64,000 nt of DNA, taken from assembly GCA_963700145.1 (NCBI GenBank), contig OY969474.1:3968001-4032000 (forward strand). Direction: 5' to 3'. The notes under the pieces are model-generated. The model did not search any database, was not told the DNA's origin, and worked only from the letters and a program-made list of their open reading frames with translations. Position numbers and translations under genes: made by a program. Source of the stretch: an uncultured Acidobacteriota bacterium (GTDB lineage Bacteria; Acidobacteriota; Thermoanaerobaculia; Multivoradales; UBA5704). The stretch's first letter is position 1. Each line of letters begins with the position of its first letter. This document shows, one piece after another, positions 41,001-51,028 of this stretch.

Positions 41001-41372
41001 CTAGCCGGGCGGCGGCTCCGCCGCCTTGTCCGCCTTTTTGGCCCGCGGCCGCTTGTTCGGGCCGCGGACGCCGTGGGGCTCGAGGCCGAAGCCTTGGAGG
41101 TGGTTGCTGCGCTTGCCGTAGCGGCCCCGGAGGAGGAGGGCGATGCGGCCGTGCAGCTCGGCGGTCTGCGTCTCCAGCTCCAGGCGCCGCCGGTTCGCCT
41201 CGCGCAACCCCGCCTCGTGCTTGTCGGCCTGGTACATCTGCTCTTGGATCTCTTCGAGGCACCGCCCCAGCTCGGCGTGCTCCTTCGCGAGCTCCGCCGC
41301 ATCCTCCGGATGCGCCGTGAGCCCGTCGAAGAGCTTCCGCCACGTCACCAGCCGTTCGCCAATCGTTTTCAT
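41001..41372 (-). CDS. Small coiled-coil protein with YG.RS..L..FG..P motif and basic tail
   Basis: GGAGAGGAGG SD before ATG 41372; 123 aa. Confidence 0.75.
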   Translation of the reverse strand: MKTIGERLVTWRKLFDGLTAHPEDAAELAKEHAELGRCLEEIQEQMYQADKHEAGLREANRRRLELETQTAELHGRIALLLRGRYGKRSNHLQGFGLEPHGVRGPNKRPRAKKADKAAEPPPG

Positions 41373-41398
41373 GCGGGTCCTCCTCTCCCCGGAGGGGT

Positions 41399-41655
41399 CC
41401 GGATAGCTCGCCGGACGCCCGGGATAGTTATCCGGAGCGTCGGGAAAGCTTTCCGGAGCGTCGGGAAAGCTTTCCGGAACGCCGGGAAAACTATCCGGAC
41501 CGTCGGGAAGACTATCCGGGCCGCCGGGAAAGTCAACCGGAGTCTCGGGAAAGCTTTCCGGAACGTCAGGACAACTATCCCGAGTCCCGGGAAAGCTTTC
41601 CCGAGCGTCGGGAAAGCTTTCCGGAGCATCGGGAAGACTATCCGGACCGTCGGGA
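41399..41655. repeat. Tandem array of 12 x 21-bp units with palindromic core
   Basis: Consensus CGGGAAAGCTTTCCGGAGCGT; core GGAAAGCTTTCC is a perfect palindrome. Confidence 0.95.
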
Positions 41656-41667
41656 CGTTCTTGGCGG

Positions 41668-42156
41668 CTAACGGCGGCCGGTCGGCTGCTTGCGGCGGGG
41701 CGCCGAGGGGCGCTCGGGTCGGGTCTTGGCGCGCTCTTCGAGCAGGGCGCGGCGGACGTCCATCCTGCCGAGGCTCGACTCGAAATCGCGCAGCGCCTCG
41801 ACGGCCTTAGCCTGAGCGGCCGTGACCTCCGGGTCGTCCCAGCCGCCGAGCGCCGGATCGCGCGGGGAGACGGCTTCGCGCAGCTCGAAGGGGAGCCTGG
41901 CCTGTTCGGCCACCGGGTACTTCGCGAGCTCCTCCTCGGCCGCTTCGAAGAGGACCAGCAGCTTGAAGTATTGTTCCGGGCCGACCCCGAGGACCGGCAG
42001 CAGCGACTCCAGGGTCGCGAGGTCCAGCTTGCCCTTGCCCTTCTCGAGGCGGTTGACCTTCGATTTGCCCACGCCCCACTCCGCGGCGAGCTGCTTCTGG
42101 CTCCATTGACGCTTCTCGCGCACCAGGGCGATCGCGCGGCCACCGCTCACGGGCAT
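41668..42156 (-). CDS. XRE-family HTH regulator
   Basis: AIALVREKRQWSQKQLAAEWGVGKSKVNRLEKG. Confidence 0.85.
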   Translation of the reverse strand: MPVSGGRAIALVREKRQWSQKQLAAEWGVGKSKVNRLEKGKGKLDLATLESLLPVLGVGPEQYFKLLVLFEAAEEELAKYPVAEQARLPFELREAVSPRDPALGGWDDPEVTAAQAKAVEALRDFESSLGRMDVRRALLEERAKTRPERPSAPRRKQPTGRR

Positions 42157-42247
42157 GCTCACGGGAGGAATCTTAGTGACGGCAGCGGCCACGATGCAAG
42201 CCCAAAGTACTGAGCGTGAACAACTTAGATCGCACACGGAGTTGCCG

Positions 42248-42871
42248 ATGATGAGGCCGAAGAGCCCGGAAACGTTCCATTCGAGAGCATTCGGTTGCTC
42301 GTTTGCCTATCTATTGGCGATTTTTTGTACGTTTTGGCTGGTCGTGCCGCGCTCGCTCGCGGCCCTCGACACGATCTACCTGGTGCGCCACGCGGAGAAG
42401 GCGGAGGGGTGGCCGGAGGCGGACAAGGCGCTCGATCCCTTCTGGCCGCTTTCGCCGGCGGGGATCGCGCGGGCGCGGGGGCTGCCGGCGCGCTTCGCCG
42501 GCGCCGGCCTCGCCGCGGTCTACGCCAGCCGCACCGTGCGCGCCTTCGCGACCGGGCTGCCGGTGGCCGAGGCGGCCGGCGCGCCGCTGGTGGTGGACCC
42601 CGCCTCCACCGTCAAGCCGGAGATGGACGCCTTCCTCGCCCGGCTGCGCCAGCGCCACCCCGCCGACCGCGCGGTGCTCGTCGTCGGCCACTCGAACACC
42701 ATCCCAGAGCTCCTCCGGCGCCTCGGGGCCACTCAGGACTGCTTCGCCGGCCTGGGGATCAAGGCGAGCGACGGAGGCGGCCTCGAGATCGTGGGCTACG
42801 ACGGCCTCTGGAAGGTGGAGCTGGCCAAGCCCGGCTGCGCGGGGATGACGCGCGAGCCGCCTGTTCCCTAG
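42248..42871 (+). CDS. Secreted histidine phosphatase (PGM/SixA-like)
   Basis: IYLVRHAEK, LVVGHSNT; start approximate. Confidence 0.8.
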   Translation: MMRPKSPETFHSRAFGCSFAYLLAIFCTFWLVVPRSLAALDTIYLVRHAEKAEGWPEADKALDPFWPLSPAGIARARGLPARFAGAGLAAVYASRTVRAFATGLPVAEAAGAPLVVDPASTVKPEMDAFLARLRQRHPADRAVLVVGHSNTIPELLRRLGATQDCFAGLGIKASDGGGLEIVGYDGLWKVELAKPGCAGMTREPPVP

Positions 42872-42909
42872 GCCGCACTCGCCGGTACGACCTCGCGGTC
42901 GTTACTGCC

Positions 42910-43776
42910 TCATGCTTCAAGGAACTCCAAAGCCTTTTTCACGAACGCCTCGTGGTACTGGAAGATGCCCCCATGCCCGGCATCCTCATAGAGGACGAGT
43001 TCGGCGTTCGGAAGGCGGCGCGCCAGGTCAACCGAGTTGCTGCTGGGTACCATCTTGTCGTGATTACCATTCACCACCAGAACCGGGTGATGAATGCGCG
43101 ACAGATCGGCAGGGTGCTGACGCCCCCATGCGTGTATGGCCTTCAATTGGGCGATGAACGCCGCGATCGAAACCGGCTTGTCGCGGTTTTCGGTGCGCTC
43201 TTTCAGCCGTGACAGGAATTCGCGGGCCGCATTGCGGCCGTTGCGGGTCTCGGTGAAGAAGAGATAGTACTCCGGGTGCCTGAAGGTCATCGCGCCCTTC
43301 ACCATGTCGCGTATGGTCACCGACGTCACCTTGTCGATGCCTGTGCCCCCGGCTGGCCCGGTGCCGGCGAGGATGATCTTCCGGACTAGTTGCGGTTCTT
43401 CTTGGGCGATCACCTGCGAGATGAAACCGCCAAGGGAGAAGCCAAGCAGGTCGACTTGAGCAGAACCGAGGGCCTGGAAGAAGGCCACAGCGTCCCGCGC
43501 CATCGCCTCCACTGACGCGGGGGTCTTACCTTCCGACGCGCCAATCCCCCGGTTGTCGAAGACGATGACGCGGCGTCTCGTGGCGATGCCGTCGACGACC
43601 CTGGGATCCCACCTGTCGAGTTCCGCAGCCAGATGGTTGAGGAAGATAACCGGCACGCCTGTGTCGGGCCCAAGCTGCCGGTAAGCCAGCTTCGTCCCGC
43701 CGACATCGACGCCTTTCGTCGTCGCATTCCTCCACGCGATGCTCGATTCAGGATGCGACTGTTGGTGCATGCTCAT
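42910..43776 (-). CDS. Alpha/beta hydrolase
   Basis: FDNRGIGAS, GFSLGG, NHD, AGHGGIFQ. Confidence 0.85.
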   Translation of the reverse strand: MSMHQQSHPESSIAWRNATTKGVDVGGTKLAYRQLGPDTGVPVIFLNHLAAELDRWDPRVVDGIATRRRVIVFDNRGIGASEGKTPASVEAMARDAVAFFQALGSAQVDLLGFSLGGFISQVIAQEEPQLVRKIILAGTGPAGGTGIDKVTSVTIRDMVKGAMTFRHPEYYLFFTETRNGRNAAREFLSRLKERTENRDKPVSIAAFIAQLKAIHAWGRQHPADLSRIHHPVLVVNGNHDKMVPSSNSVDLARRLPNAELVLYEDAGHGGIFQYHEAFVKKALEFLEA

Positions 43777-43808
43777 TTTGAAGGCGAGCGCTTCCAGCGC
43801 GGCGCAAG

Positions 43809-44807
43809 CTAGTCCGCTACGCGAATAACCACCTTTCCGACGGCGCGGCCGGATTCCACGTAGGAGATGGCCTCGGCCGCGGCTTCCAGCGGAAAGATCT
43901 TGTCCAGGACCGGCTTGATGACACCCTGGTCTACCAGCGCTCCTATCCTCTCCAGTTGCTCGCCGCTCGCGCGCATGAACAGGTACTCGAAACGCACCCG
44001 CCTTCTCCCGCGCTAGGCGATCGACGTTGCGATTCAGGAACCCCAGGATCCAGACGAACGGCAGGCTTAGGCCCCAGGCCCGCGCGAACTTGCCGTCGGG
44101 CCGGCCGCCGATCGTCACCACAACGCCGCCCGGCTTGACGGCCTCGAACGAGCGGAGCAGCGTGTCGCCCGCTTGCGTGTCGAGGACCACGTCCTGATCC
44201 TTGGCCACCTCTTCGAAGCGGGTCGTCTTGTAGTCGATGGCCACATCTGCGCCGAGCGACTTCACCAGCGCGTGGTTCTTGGCGCTGGCAGTGGTAGCGA
44301 CATGCGCGCCGAGGTGTTTGGCCAGCTGGATGGCGAAGGTGCCGACGCCGCCCGAGCCGGCATGGATCAGGACCTTTTGTCCCGCCCGCAACCGTGCGAG
44401 TTCGATCAGCGTCTGCCAGGCGGTAAGCCCCACCAGCGGAAGCGACGCTGCCTGCGTGTAGTCGAGGCGCGCAGGCTTTCTCGCCGCAGCGCTTTCACGC
44501 ACCAGGGCATACTCGGCGAAGGCGCCGATGCGGTCGTTGTCGAGGCGCGAATAGACCGCGTCGCCGAGCTTGAATTTGGTGACGCTTGGGCCGATCGCTT
44601 CCACGTCGCCGGCGAGATCGGTGCCGAGGATCAGGGGAAAGAAAAGGGGAGCAGCACCTTCACGACGCCGTCGCGGATCTTGTAGTCGAGCGGGTTGACG
44701 CCGGCGGCTCGCACGCGCACCAGAAGCTCGCCCGGACCCGGTTCGGGCCGAGGCAGCTCCATCATTTCCATTGGTGCCTTGTAACGACGAATGGCCAGCG
44801 CTTTCAT
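43809..44807 (-). CDS. NADP-dependent quinone oxidoreductase-like MDR; two apparent frameshifts (about 44640, 44003)
   Basis: AAGVNPLD, IHAGSGGVG, GRAVGKVV found in three successive frames. Confidence 0.8.
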
Positions 44808-44828
44808 AGCTCGAGCCAAAGCTGCCTG

Positions 44829-45719
44829 CTAGGCGGCCATCTCCCCCACGACGACCCGCAGCGCCCGCGGCAGCACCTCGAAGCGGGTGGGCTGGTCGGG
44901 CAGCAGCTCGCCGTCGACGTTGAAGGTCATCGGCGGCTCGGAGCGCAGCTCGATCGCGGCGGCGCGGCGGAAGATCGCGAGATCGCTGCCGGTGTGCCGG
45001 CCGAGGAGGACGAGCGGCACCAGCACCGCGAGCTGCGGCACCGAAGACTCGGGGACGATCATCAGGTCGAGGAGGCCGTCGTCGAGACGCGCCTCGGGAG
45101 CCACCGGGATGCCGGCGGCGACGTAGCGGGCGTTGGCCACCACCACGCTGTAGGCGGAGACGTCGAGCGTCTCGCCGCCGTCGAGCCGCAGCGTCGTGCG
45201 GTAGGACGCGAGCTCGGGAGCGGCCTCGACCGCGGAGCGCAGGTAGGAGAGCGGGCCCCAGGAGCGCTTGACCTCGGCGTCCATCTTCTCGTTGATCACG
45301 CCGCTGAAGCCGCCGGCCGAGACGTTGACGAAGTGGCGCGGCGCCTCAGCCACGGCGCGCCCGACGTCGAGCGCCGCCGTGCGGCCCGCCGCCAGCACCG
45401 CGAGCGCCCCGTCGAGGTCGGCGGGCACGCCGATCGAGCGCGCGAAGTCGTTGCCGGTGCCGAGCGGCAGCAGGCCCAGGCGGGCGGCGGCGAAGTCGAC
45501 GGCGAGGCCGTTGACCACTTCGTTGAGGGTGCCGTCGCCGCCGGCGGCGATCACCAGCTCGTACCCCGCCTCCACCGCCTCCCGCGCCAGGCGCTCGGCG
45601 TCCCCCGGCCCTTCGGTCGTGCAGACCTCCGCGTCCCGCAGGGCCGCGACTCCGGCGCGCAACGCCGCGCAGTCGTCGGCGCTGCCGGCGTTCGGGTTGA
45701 GGACGACGCGCGTCCTCAC
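44829..45719 (-). CDS. YegS/DAGK-family lipid kinase
   Basis: NPNAG, GGDGTLNEV, PLGTGNDFA, NVDGE. Confidence 0.9.
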   Translation of the reverse strand: MRTRVVLNPNAGSADDCAALRAGVAALRDAEVCTTEGPGDAERLAREAVEAGYELVIAAGGDGTLNEVVNGLAVDFAAARLGLLPLGTGNDFARSIGVPADLDGALAVLAAGRTAALDVGRAVAEAPRHFVNVSAGGFSGVINEKMDAEVKRSWGPLSYLRSAVEAAPELASYRTTLRLDGGETLDVSAYSVVVANARYVAAGIPVAPEARLDDGLLDLMIVPESSVPQLAVLVPLVLLGRHTGSDLAIFRRAAAIELRSEPPMTFNVDGELLPDQPTRFEVLPRALRVVVGEMAA

Positions 45720-46084
45720 CGGTCGTCGCTCAGGTTGAGCCAGCGCGCCGCGAACCAGGCGATGGTGAGGGTGGGGATCGGCCCGGTGAAGGGGACGAGG
45801 GCCTCGAAGGTGGCGACGTTGCGCAGGGCGCCGAGCCGGAGGCGGCGCAGCAGGAACCAGACGATCGGGGCGGAGAAGACGTCGAGCCCGAGGTCCAGGA
45901 GGTCGAGCCCGACGACGAGGGCGAGCGGCACGGCGCGCAGGGTGGTGAAGAAGTCGGCGTTCTCGGGGAGGTCCAAACGCTGCAGGCGCCGGTAGACGTA
46001 GACGAGGAGGAGCGTGGCGATGCAGAGGGCGAGGACGGCGACCCCCGCCAGCCACGCCACCACCGTACTGAGGTCCGTTTCCAT
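45716..46084 (-). CDS. Small membrane protein
   Basis: GGAGG SD; hydrophobic segments; GTGA overlap with kinase. Confidence 0.65.
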   Translation of the reverse strand: METDLSTVVAWLAGVAVLALCIATLLLVYVYRRLQRLDLPENADFFTTLRAVPLALVVGLDLLDLGLDVFSAPIVWFLLRRLRLGALRNVATFEALVPFTGPIPTLTIAWFAARWLNLSDDR

Positions 46085-46181
46085 GTCCCTCCCCTGGGCG
46101 AGCGCTCCCCGGCTATGCAATCCCGCCGCCGCCGTCCGCGGCGCGGCCGGCGGCCCCGATCCTGCATCAAGGGGCCAGGCC

Positions 46182-47968
46182 ATGAGCTTTTCGCCACACC
46201 CCGCGGGGCGGTGGACGGTGCGGTGTGCCGCGCTGGCCTGCCTCCTGCTCGCCGCGGCGCCGCCGGCGCGGCCGGCCCCGCGCGCCTGGCCGCCCCCGGC
46301 CGGGCGCGGCCTCCAGTACCTGGAGACGGGGCTGGGGCAGCTCCAGCGGCTCGAGCGCGGATCAAGCGGCTGGGCGAGGACCGCCAGGGGGCCGGCGCGC
46401 TGGCCGCCGCGGCGCTGGCCGCCGCCGGCCGCCCGACCGGGGCGGACGCCGTCCGCTGGACGACGGAGCTCCTCGACGCCTGCGCCGGCCGCTGGCAGCG
46501 CCTCCAGTGCCAGCACGCCGAGATCGCGCTGCAGCGGATCGCCCTCCAGTACCCGCAGGTCTTGCCGCCGCCGCTGCTCGGCCGGGTGCGCGCGGAGGCC
46601 GTCGCGGCCGCGCCGCCGCCGGGGCCCGAGGCGGTCGCCGACCCCTGGCGCTTCAAGGACACCGAGAACCAGCGCATGCTGCAGATCGCGCGCAGCCTCG
46701 GCGCGCAGACGCTCGCCGGCACGCCCGACTCGCCGGCGGCGCGGGCCTGGGGGGCGTACGCCGAGGCCTTCCTCGCCGCCCACGACCGGCAGGGCTGGTA
46801 CGAGGCCGAGAGCCCGGGCTACCTCGCCTCCTCGATCACCTCGCTCCTGCACCTCGCCGACCACGCGCCGCAGCCGGCGGTGCGCGAGCTGGCGGCGCGC
46901 CAGCTCAACCTGCTCTTCGCGCGCTGGGCGCAGGAGCAGGTCGGCGGCTTCCCGGCCGGCGCCAAGAGCCGCACCTACGTGCACTGGGCGCTCGGCCACC
47001 GCAACACCGCCTGGCGCGCCTGGGCCTGGCTCGCCGGCGCGCTCCCCTCCGCCGAAGGGCTCAGCTTCATGGACTGGCCGGAGCTGCCGGCGAGCGGCTA
47101 CGCGCTGCCGGCCCCGGTCGCCGAGCTCCTCGCCGAGCGGCGCCGGCAGCCGCCGTACGAGGTCAAGGCGCGGCGGCGCATCGACCTCGGCGAGCGCATG
47201 GACCTCGACGTCGCCCTCTACAGCTACGCCACGCCGGACTACGTCCTGGGGACGGCGCAGGCGGTGGGCGGCCTGCGCTTGAACGTCTCCGGCGGCCAGG
47301 AGATCCTCGCCACCCTCTTCCCGGAGTGCGGCTTCGCGCCGCTCTACCTGTGGAGCCGCAGCGACAACCCGCGCAAGGACCGCTGGCGGAACTGGGGGCG
47401 CGAGGACCTGGCGGTGGGGCACGAGAACACGGCGCTCGCCCGGCTCGGCGGCCCCGGCGCGATCGGGCACGCCTACTTCGCGCCCGGCTGGTCGCCGCCG
47501 GAGCCGCGCGCGGGCGACGGCGCGGTCGTCTTCTCGCGCTGCGGCGACGCCTACGTGGCGCTGACGACCGAGGGCGGCTGGGAGGTGGCGCCGGCGCCGC
47601 AGCGCCTCCCCGGCTACTACGGCGGCGACAAGGCCTACCGCGACGCCTGGGTGGCGGTGCCGCGCGTGCAGCCGGCGCGGGTGGCGCTGGAGGCCGGGCG
47701 CCTGGCGGAGGACGGCCCCTTCGAGCGCTTCCGCGCCAAGCTCGCCGGCGCCCGGCTCGCGGAGGTGGACGGCGAGCTGCGCTACCGCACCGCAGCCGGC
47801 CTGGCGCTCGCCTTCCGGCCCGGCGAGCGGGCGACGGCCGGCGGCCGCGCGATCGACGCCGCCGCCTACGCGCCGCTCGAAGGCCCGTTCCTCTCCCGCC
47901 CCCGCGAGGGCGGCTGGCGCTTCGTCTGGAAGGCGGTGCGCATGAGCCTGCCGGAGCTGGCGCCTTAA
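46182..47968 (+). CDS. Secreted hypothetical protein, possibly polysaccharide lyase-like; frameshift near 46360
   Basis: Signal peptide in one frame, body (DTENQRML, GWYEAESPGY) in another. Confidence 0.5.
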
Positions 47969-48006
47969 GAAAGAAAAGAAAAGGGGGCGCCGCGAGGCGC
48001 CCCCTC
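47969..48006 (-). terminator. Intrinsic terminator of TonB receptor gene
   Basis: AGGGGGCGCC-gcga-GGCGCCCCCT stem with U-rich tract on minus strand. Confidence 0.8.
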
Positions 48007-48032
48007 GATGAACGCGGACTGCCGGCGAGCGC

Positions 48033-50945
48033 CTAGAAGCGCACCCGCAGGCCGAGCTGCGCGAGCCGCTGCTCGCCCTGGAGCGGGTCGCCGGCGAAGA
48101 CCGACGGATTGCCCAAGCGGTCCGGCCGCGCCGGGTTCTTGTCGTTGAACAGGTTGAAGATCTCGCCGATCAGCTCGAGGCTGAAGTCGTCGGTGAAGCT
48201 GAACTCCTTGGACAGGCGGACGTCGAACTGGCTGAAGTCGTCGCCGCGGCCGGTGTTGACGCCGCTGACGCCCGGGGGCAGGTCGATGAGCGAGCCGTCG
48301 CCGTTGAGGTCGGCGTTGGCGTGCTCGAGGTAGGGCGTCGCCGAGCGGTAGCGGAGCATGCCGGAGGCGTTGAGCCCCCACGGCCCGTGCCAGATGCCGC
48401 CGAGAGTGACGCGGTGCCGCGCGTCGGTGTAGAGCGGCCCGAAGCAGCGGCTGCACTGCGGGTCGAGCGGATTGATCGACTGGTCGCGCCGGCCGCGGAT
48501 GACGCCGACGTCGGCCTGGGCGCCGGCGTCGGTCAGCCGGAACTCGTCGGCCCCGGCGAGCACGTTCCCCTCGGCCTCGGACCAGGTGTAGAAGCCCTGC
48601 ATCTCGAACTTGTCGCGCCGGATGCGGCCGCCGATGTTGACGCCGTCGTAGGTGGCCCGCCCGCCGCCGTACCAGATGCGGAAGTTGGCGAACTGCGGGA
48701 ACCGCGGCGCGCCGGTGGCCGGGTCGATGACGTTGGCGCGGAAGCGGTAGGGGATGTCGTGGTAGTCGATGGAGATGAGCTCGAGGTTGAGCCCCAGCCA
48801 GCTGTTGACCTGCCAGGAGTAGCCGAGCGAGATCTGGTCGGAGTAGGGGGTGGCGAGGGTCGGCGAGGCGATCTCGTCGGCGCCGGCCCCGAGCTCCGAG
48901 CTGGGAAGGTCGTTCGACAGGCAGTTGGTGGTCACCGAGCCGAGGCACAGCGGCTGGCCCGGCTGGAAGAACGTGCCGTTCGGGTTGAGGATGCCGGTGT
49001 CGGGACCGGCGTGGCGGAAGATCGTGCCGTAGAGCGACTGCACCTGGATCGCCGGGAAGAGGATCGTGGCGTTGGTGTAGGGGAAGTCGAAGTAGGTGCC
49101 GTAGCCGCCGCGCAGCAGGTGGCGGCCGTCGCCCTTGACGTCGTAGGTGAAGCCGAGGCGCGGCGCGAGGTTGTCGTCGTCCTCGTCGAGCACGCCGTCG
49201 AAGTCGCGGAAGTCCTGCAGGTAGTACTCGTTGTACCGGGTCTGGCTGTGCAGCGCCTGGTAGAGGGCGTTCGAGCGCTGGTCGAGGTCGAAGCCGGTGA
49301 AGTAGTCGTAGCGCAGGCCGATGTTGAGGGTCAGCCGGTCGTTGAAGGCCCAGTCGTCCTGCAGGTAGGCGCTCTTCTGATCGATCGGGGTCTCGTTGCC
49401 GGCGAAGCCGCCGAAGACCTCGACCGTCGAGATCGGCGAGCCGATGCGGTCCTCGATGGCGGTGAAGGCGCCGGCGATGCCGGTCGTAAAGTCGCCGCCC
49501 AGCGAGTACTCGTCGATGTAGTTGACCCCGACCTTCCAGTCGTGGCGGTCGCCGGCGATGGTGCTGGTGAAGCTGAAGTCGTCCTTCCACTGCCGCTTCC
49601 GCTGGTGGGTGGACTGCGGCGTGTTGATGTTCTGGCCGGTGAAGAAGCCCGACGGATAGGAGATCAGCGGGTCGTTCGAATCGGCGGAGATCGAGTTGTC
49701 GAACGAGGTGTACTGGAACACGAACTCGTTGAGCATCTCGCTGCCGATCTGCGCGTTGTAGCCGGCGAGGAGGGACTCGTACTCGTTGGTCAGGGTGCCG
49801 AGCCCGCTCGGCGCGGCCAGCGGGCTGGCGCCGTACTTGTCGGCGTTCTCCTGCATGCCGTAGCGCACCTGCAGGAAGTTCTTGGGATTGAGGTCCCAGG
49901 TGGCCTTGGCGGTGAGCAGCTCGTCCTCGAAGGGCAGCGCGACGACGGTGCCGTCGAAGGTCGGGAAGGCGCCCTCGGTGAAGACCGTGTAGTTGGTCGT
50001 GCGGTCGGTCTTCTCGTAGGTGGTGAAGAAGTGCGCCCGGTCGCGCACGATCGGGCCGCCGATCGAGCCGCCCCACTGCTCGCGCTCGAGCTTGCCCTTG
50101 TCGATGCCGGCTTGCTTCTCGGTCTCGGTCTTCTCGGCCAGGCCGTCGTCGCGGAAGAAGCCGTAGACGCTGCCGTCGAAGTCGTTGGTGCCGGTCTTGG
50201 TGACGACGGTCAGCACGCCGCCCGAGGAGCGGCCGTACTCGGCCTTGTACTGCTGGGTCTGGATCTTGAACTCCTGAACCGCTTCCAGGTTGAAGTTCTG
50301 CAGCGCGCCGCCGATCGTGTCGTCGGTGTTGTCGCCGCCGTCCATGGTGAAGTTGATGTTGCGGCCGATGCCGCCGCCCAGGGCGACCGTCAACTGCCCC
50401 GGCTTGGTGGGGTCGGAGTTGTAGGCCAGCGTCGTGCCCGGGGCGAGCGCCGCGAGATTCGCGAACTGGCGGCCGTTGAGCGGCAGGTTCTCGAGCTCCT
50501 CCTGGCTCACCACGGTGCCGATCGACGGCTCGGTGGCGACCAGCGGCGCCTCGTCGACGACGGTGATCGTCTCCTCGATGGCGGAGCTCTGCAGCGTGAC
50601 GTCGAGCGCGCGATCGCTGGCGACGTTGACCTGCACGCCCTCCACCACCACCGGCGCGAAGCCGGACAGCTCGATCCGCACGTTGTAGCGGCCGGCCGGC
50701 AGCGCCGCGAGGCGGAAGGTCCCGTCCTCGACCGTCACGCCGACGCGATCGAGGCCGGTGTCGACGTTGGTGGCGGTCACCGTGGCGCCCGGCAGCGGGC
50801 CGCCGGAGCCGTCGTTGACGTTGCCGGAAATCGAGCCGCCGGCGGACTGCGCCACGGCGGCGCCCGGCAGCAGGGCGGTCAGACAGGCGAGCGCGAGCAG
50901 CGCCGCGCCGGCCTTCCACAGCAGGGATGGGTTGGTTCGTTGCAT
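48033..50945 (-). CDS. TonB-dependent receptor, Oar-like, with carboxypeptidase regulatory domain
   Basis: G.V.D.SG.PLPGATV, LPLNGRQF, AEYGRSSGG, C-terminal QLGLRVRF. Confidence 0.9.
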   Translation of the reverse strand: MQRTNPSLLWKAGAALLALACLTALLPGAAVAQSAGGSISGNVNDGSGGPLPGATVTATNVDTGLDRVGVTVEDGTFRLAALPAGRYNVRIELSGFAPVVVEGVQVNVASDRALDVTLQSSAIEETITVVDEAPLVATEPSIGTVVSQEELENLPLNGRQFANLAALAPGTTLAYNSDPTKPGQLTVALGGGIGRNINFTMDGGDNTDDTIGGALQNFNLEAVQEFKIQTQQYKAEYGRSSGGVLTVVTKTGTNDFDGSVYGFFRDDGLAEKTETEKQAGIDKGKLEREQWGGSIGGPIVRDRAHFFTTYEKTDRTTNYTVFTEGAFPTFDGTVVALPFEDELLTAKATWDLNPKNFLQVRYGMQENADKYGASPLAAPSGLGTLTNEYESLLAGYNAQIGSEMLNEFVFQYTSFDNSISADSNDPLISYPSGFFTGQNINTPQSTHQRKRQWKDDFSFTSTIAGDRHDWKVGVNYIDEYSLGGDFTTGIAGAFTAIEDRIGSPISTVEVFGGFAGNETPIDQKSAYLQDDWAFNDRLTLNIGLRYDYFTGFDLDQRSNALYQALHSQTRYNEYYLQDFRDFDGVLDEDDDNLAPRLGFTYDVKGDGRHLLRGGYGTYFDFPYTNATILFPAIQVQSLYGTIFRHAGPDTGILNPNGTFFQPGQPLCLGSVTTNCLSNDLPSSELGAGADEIASPTLATPYSDQISLGYSWQVNSWLGLNLELISIDYHDIPYRFRANVIDPATGAPRFPQFANFRIWYGGGRATYDGVNIGGRIRRDKFEMQGFYTWSEAEGNVLAGADEFRLTDAGAQADVGVIRGRRDQSINPLDPQCSRCFGPLYTDARHRVTLGGIWHGPWGLNASGMLRYRSATPYLEHANADLNGDGSLIDLPPGVSGVNTGRGDDFSQFDVRLSKEFSFTDDFSLELIGEIFNLFNDKNPARPDRLGNPSVFAGDPLQGEQRLAQLGLRVRF

Positions 50946-51028
50946 CGTTCGTCTCCTTTTGTCCTCTAATCGTAACGGCAATGACAGGGTGCCAAGCGAC
51001 GCGGGTGCGGCGGCTCGGTGGGCGGCGG

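Noticed and set aside
41399-41655. 21-bp array as a CRISPR array
   Set aside because: Head-to-tail degenerate units without unique spacers and no cas genes in the window
41001-42143. 380-aa ORF reading through the repeat array
   Set aside because: Its N-terminal part is an off-frame shadow of the XRE gene, and a strong SD supports a start at 41372
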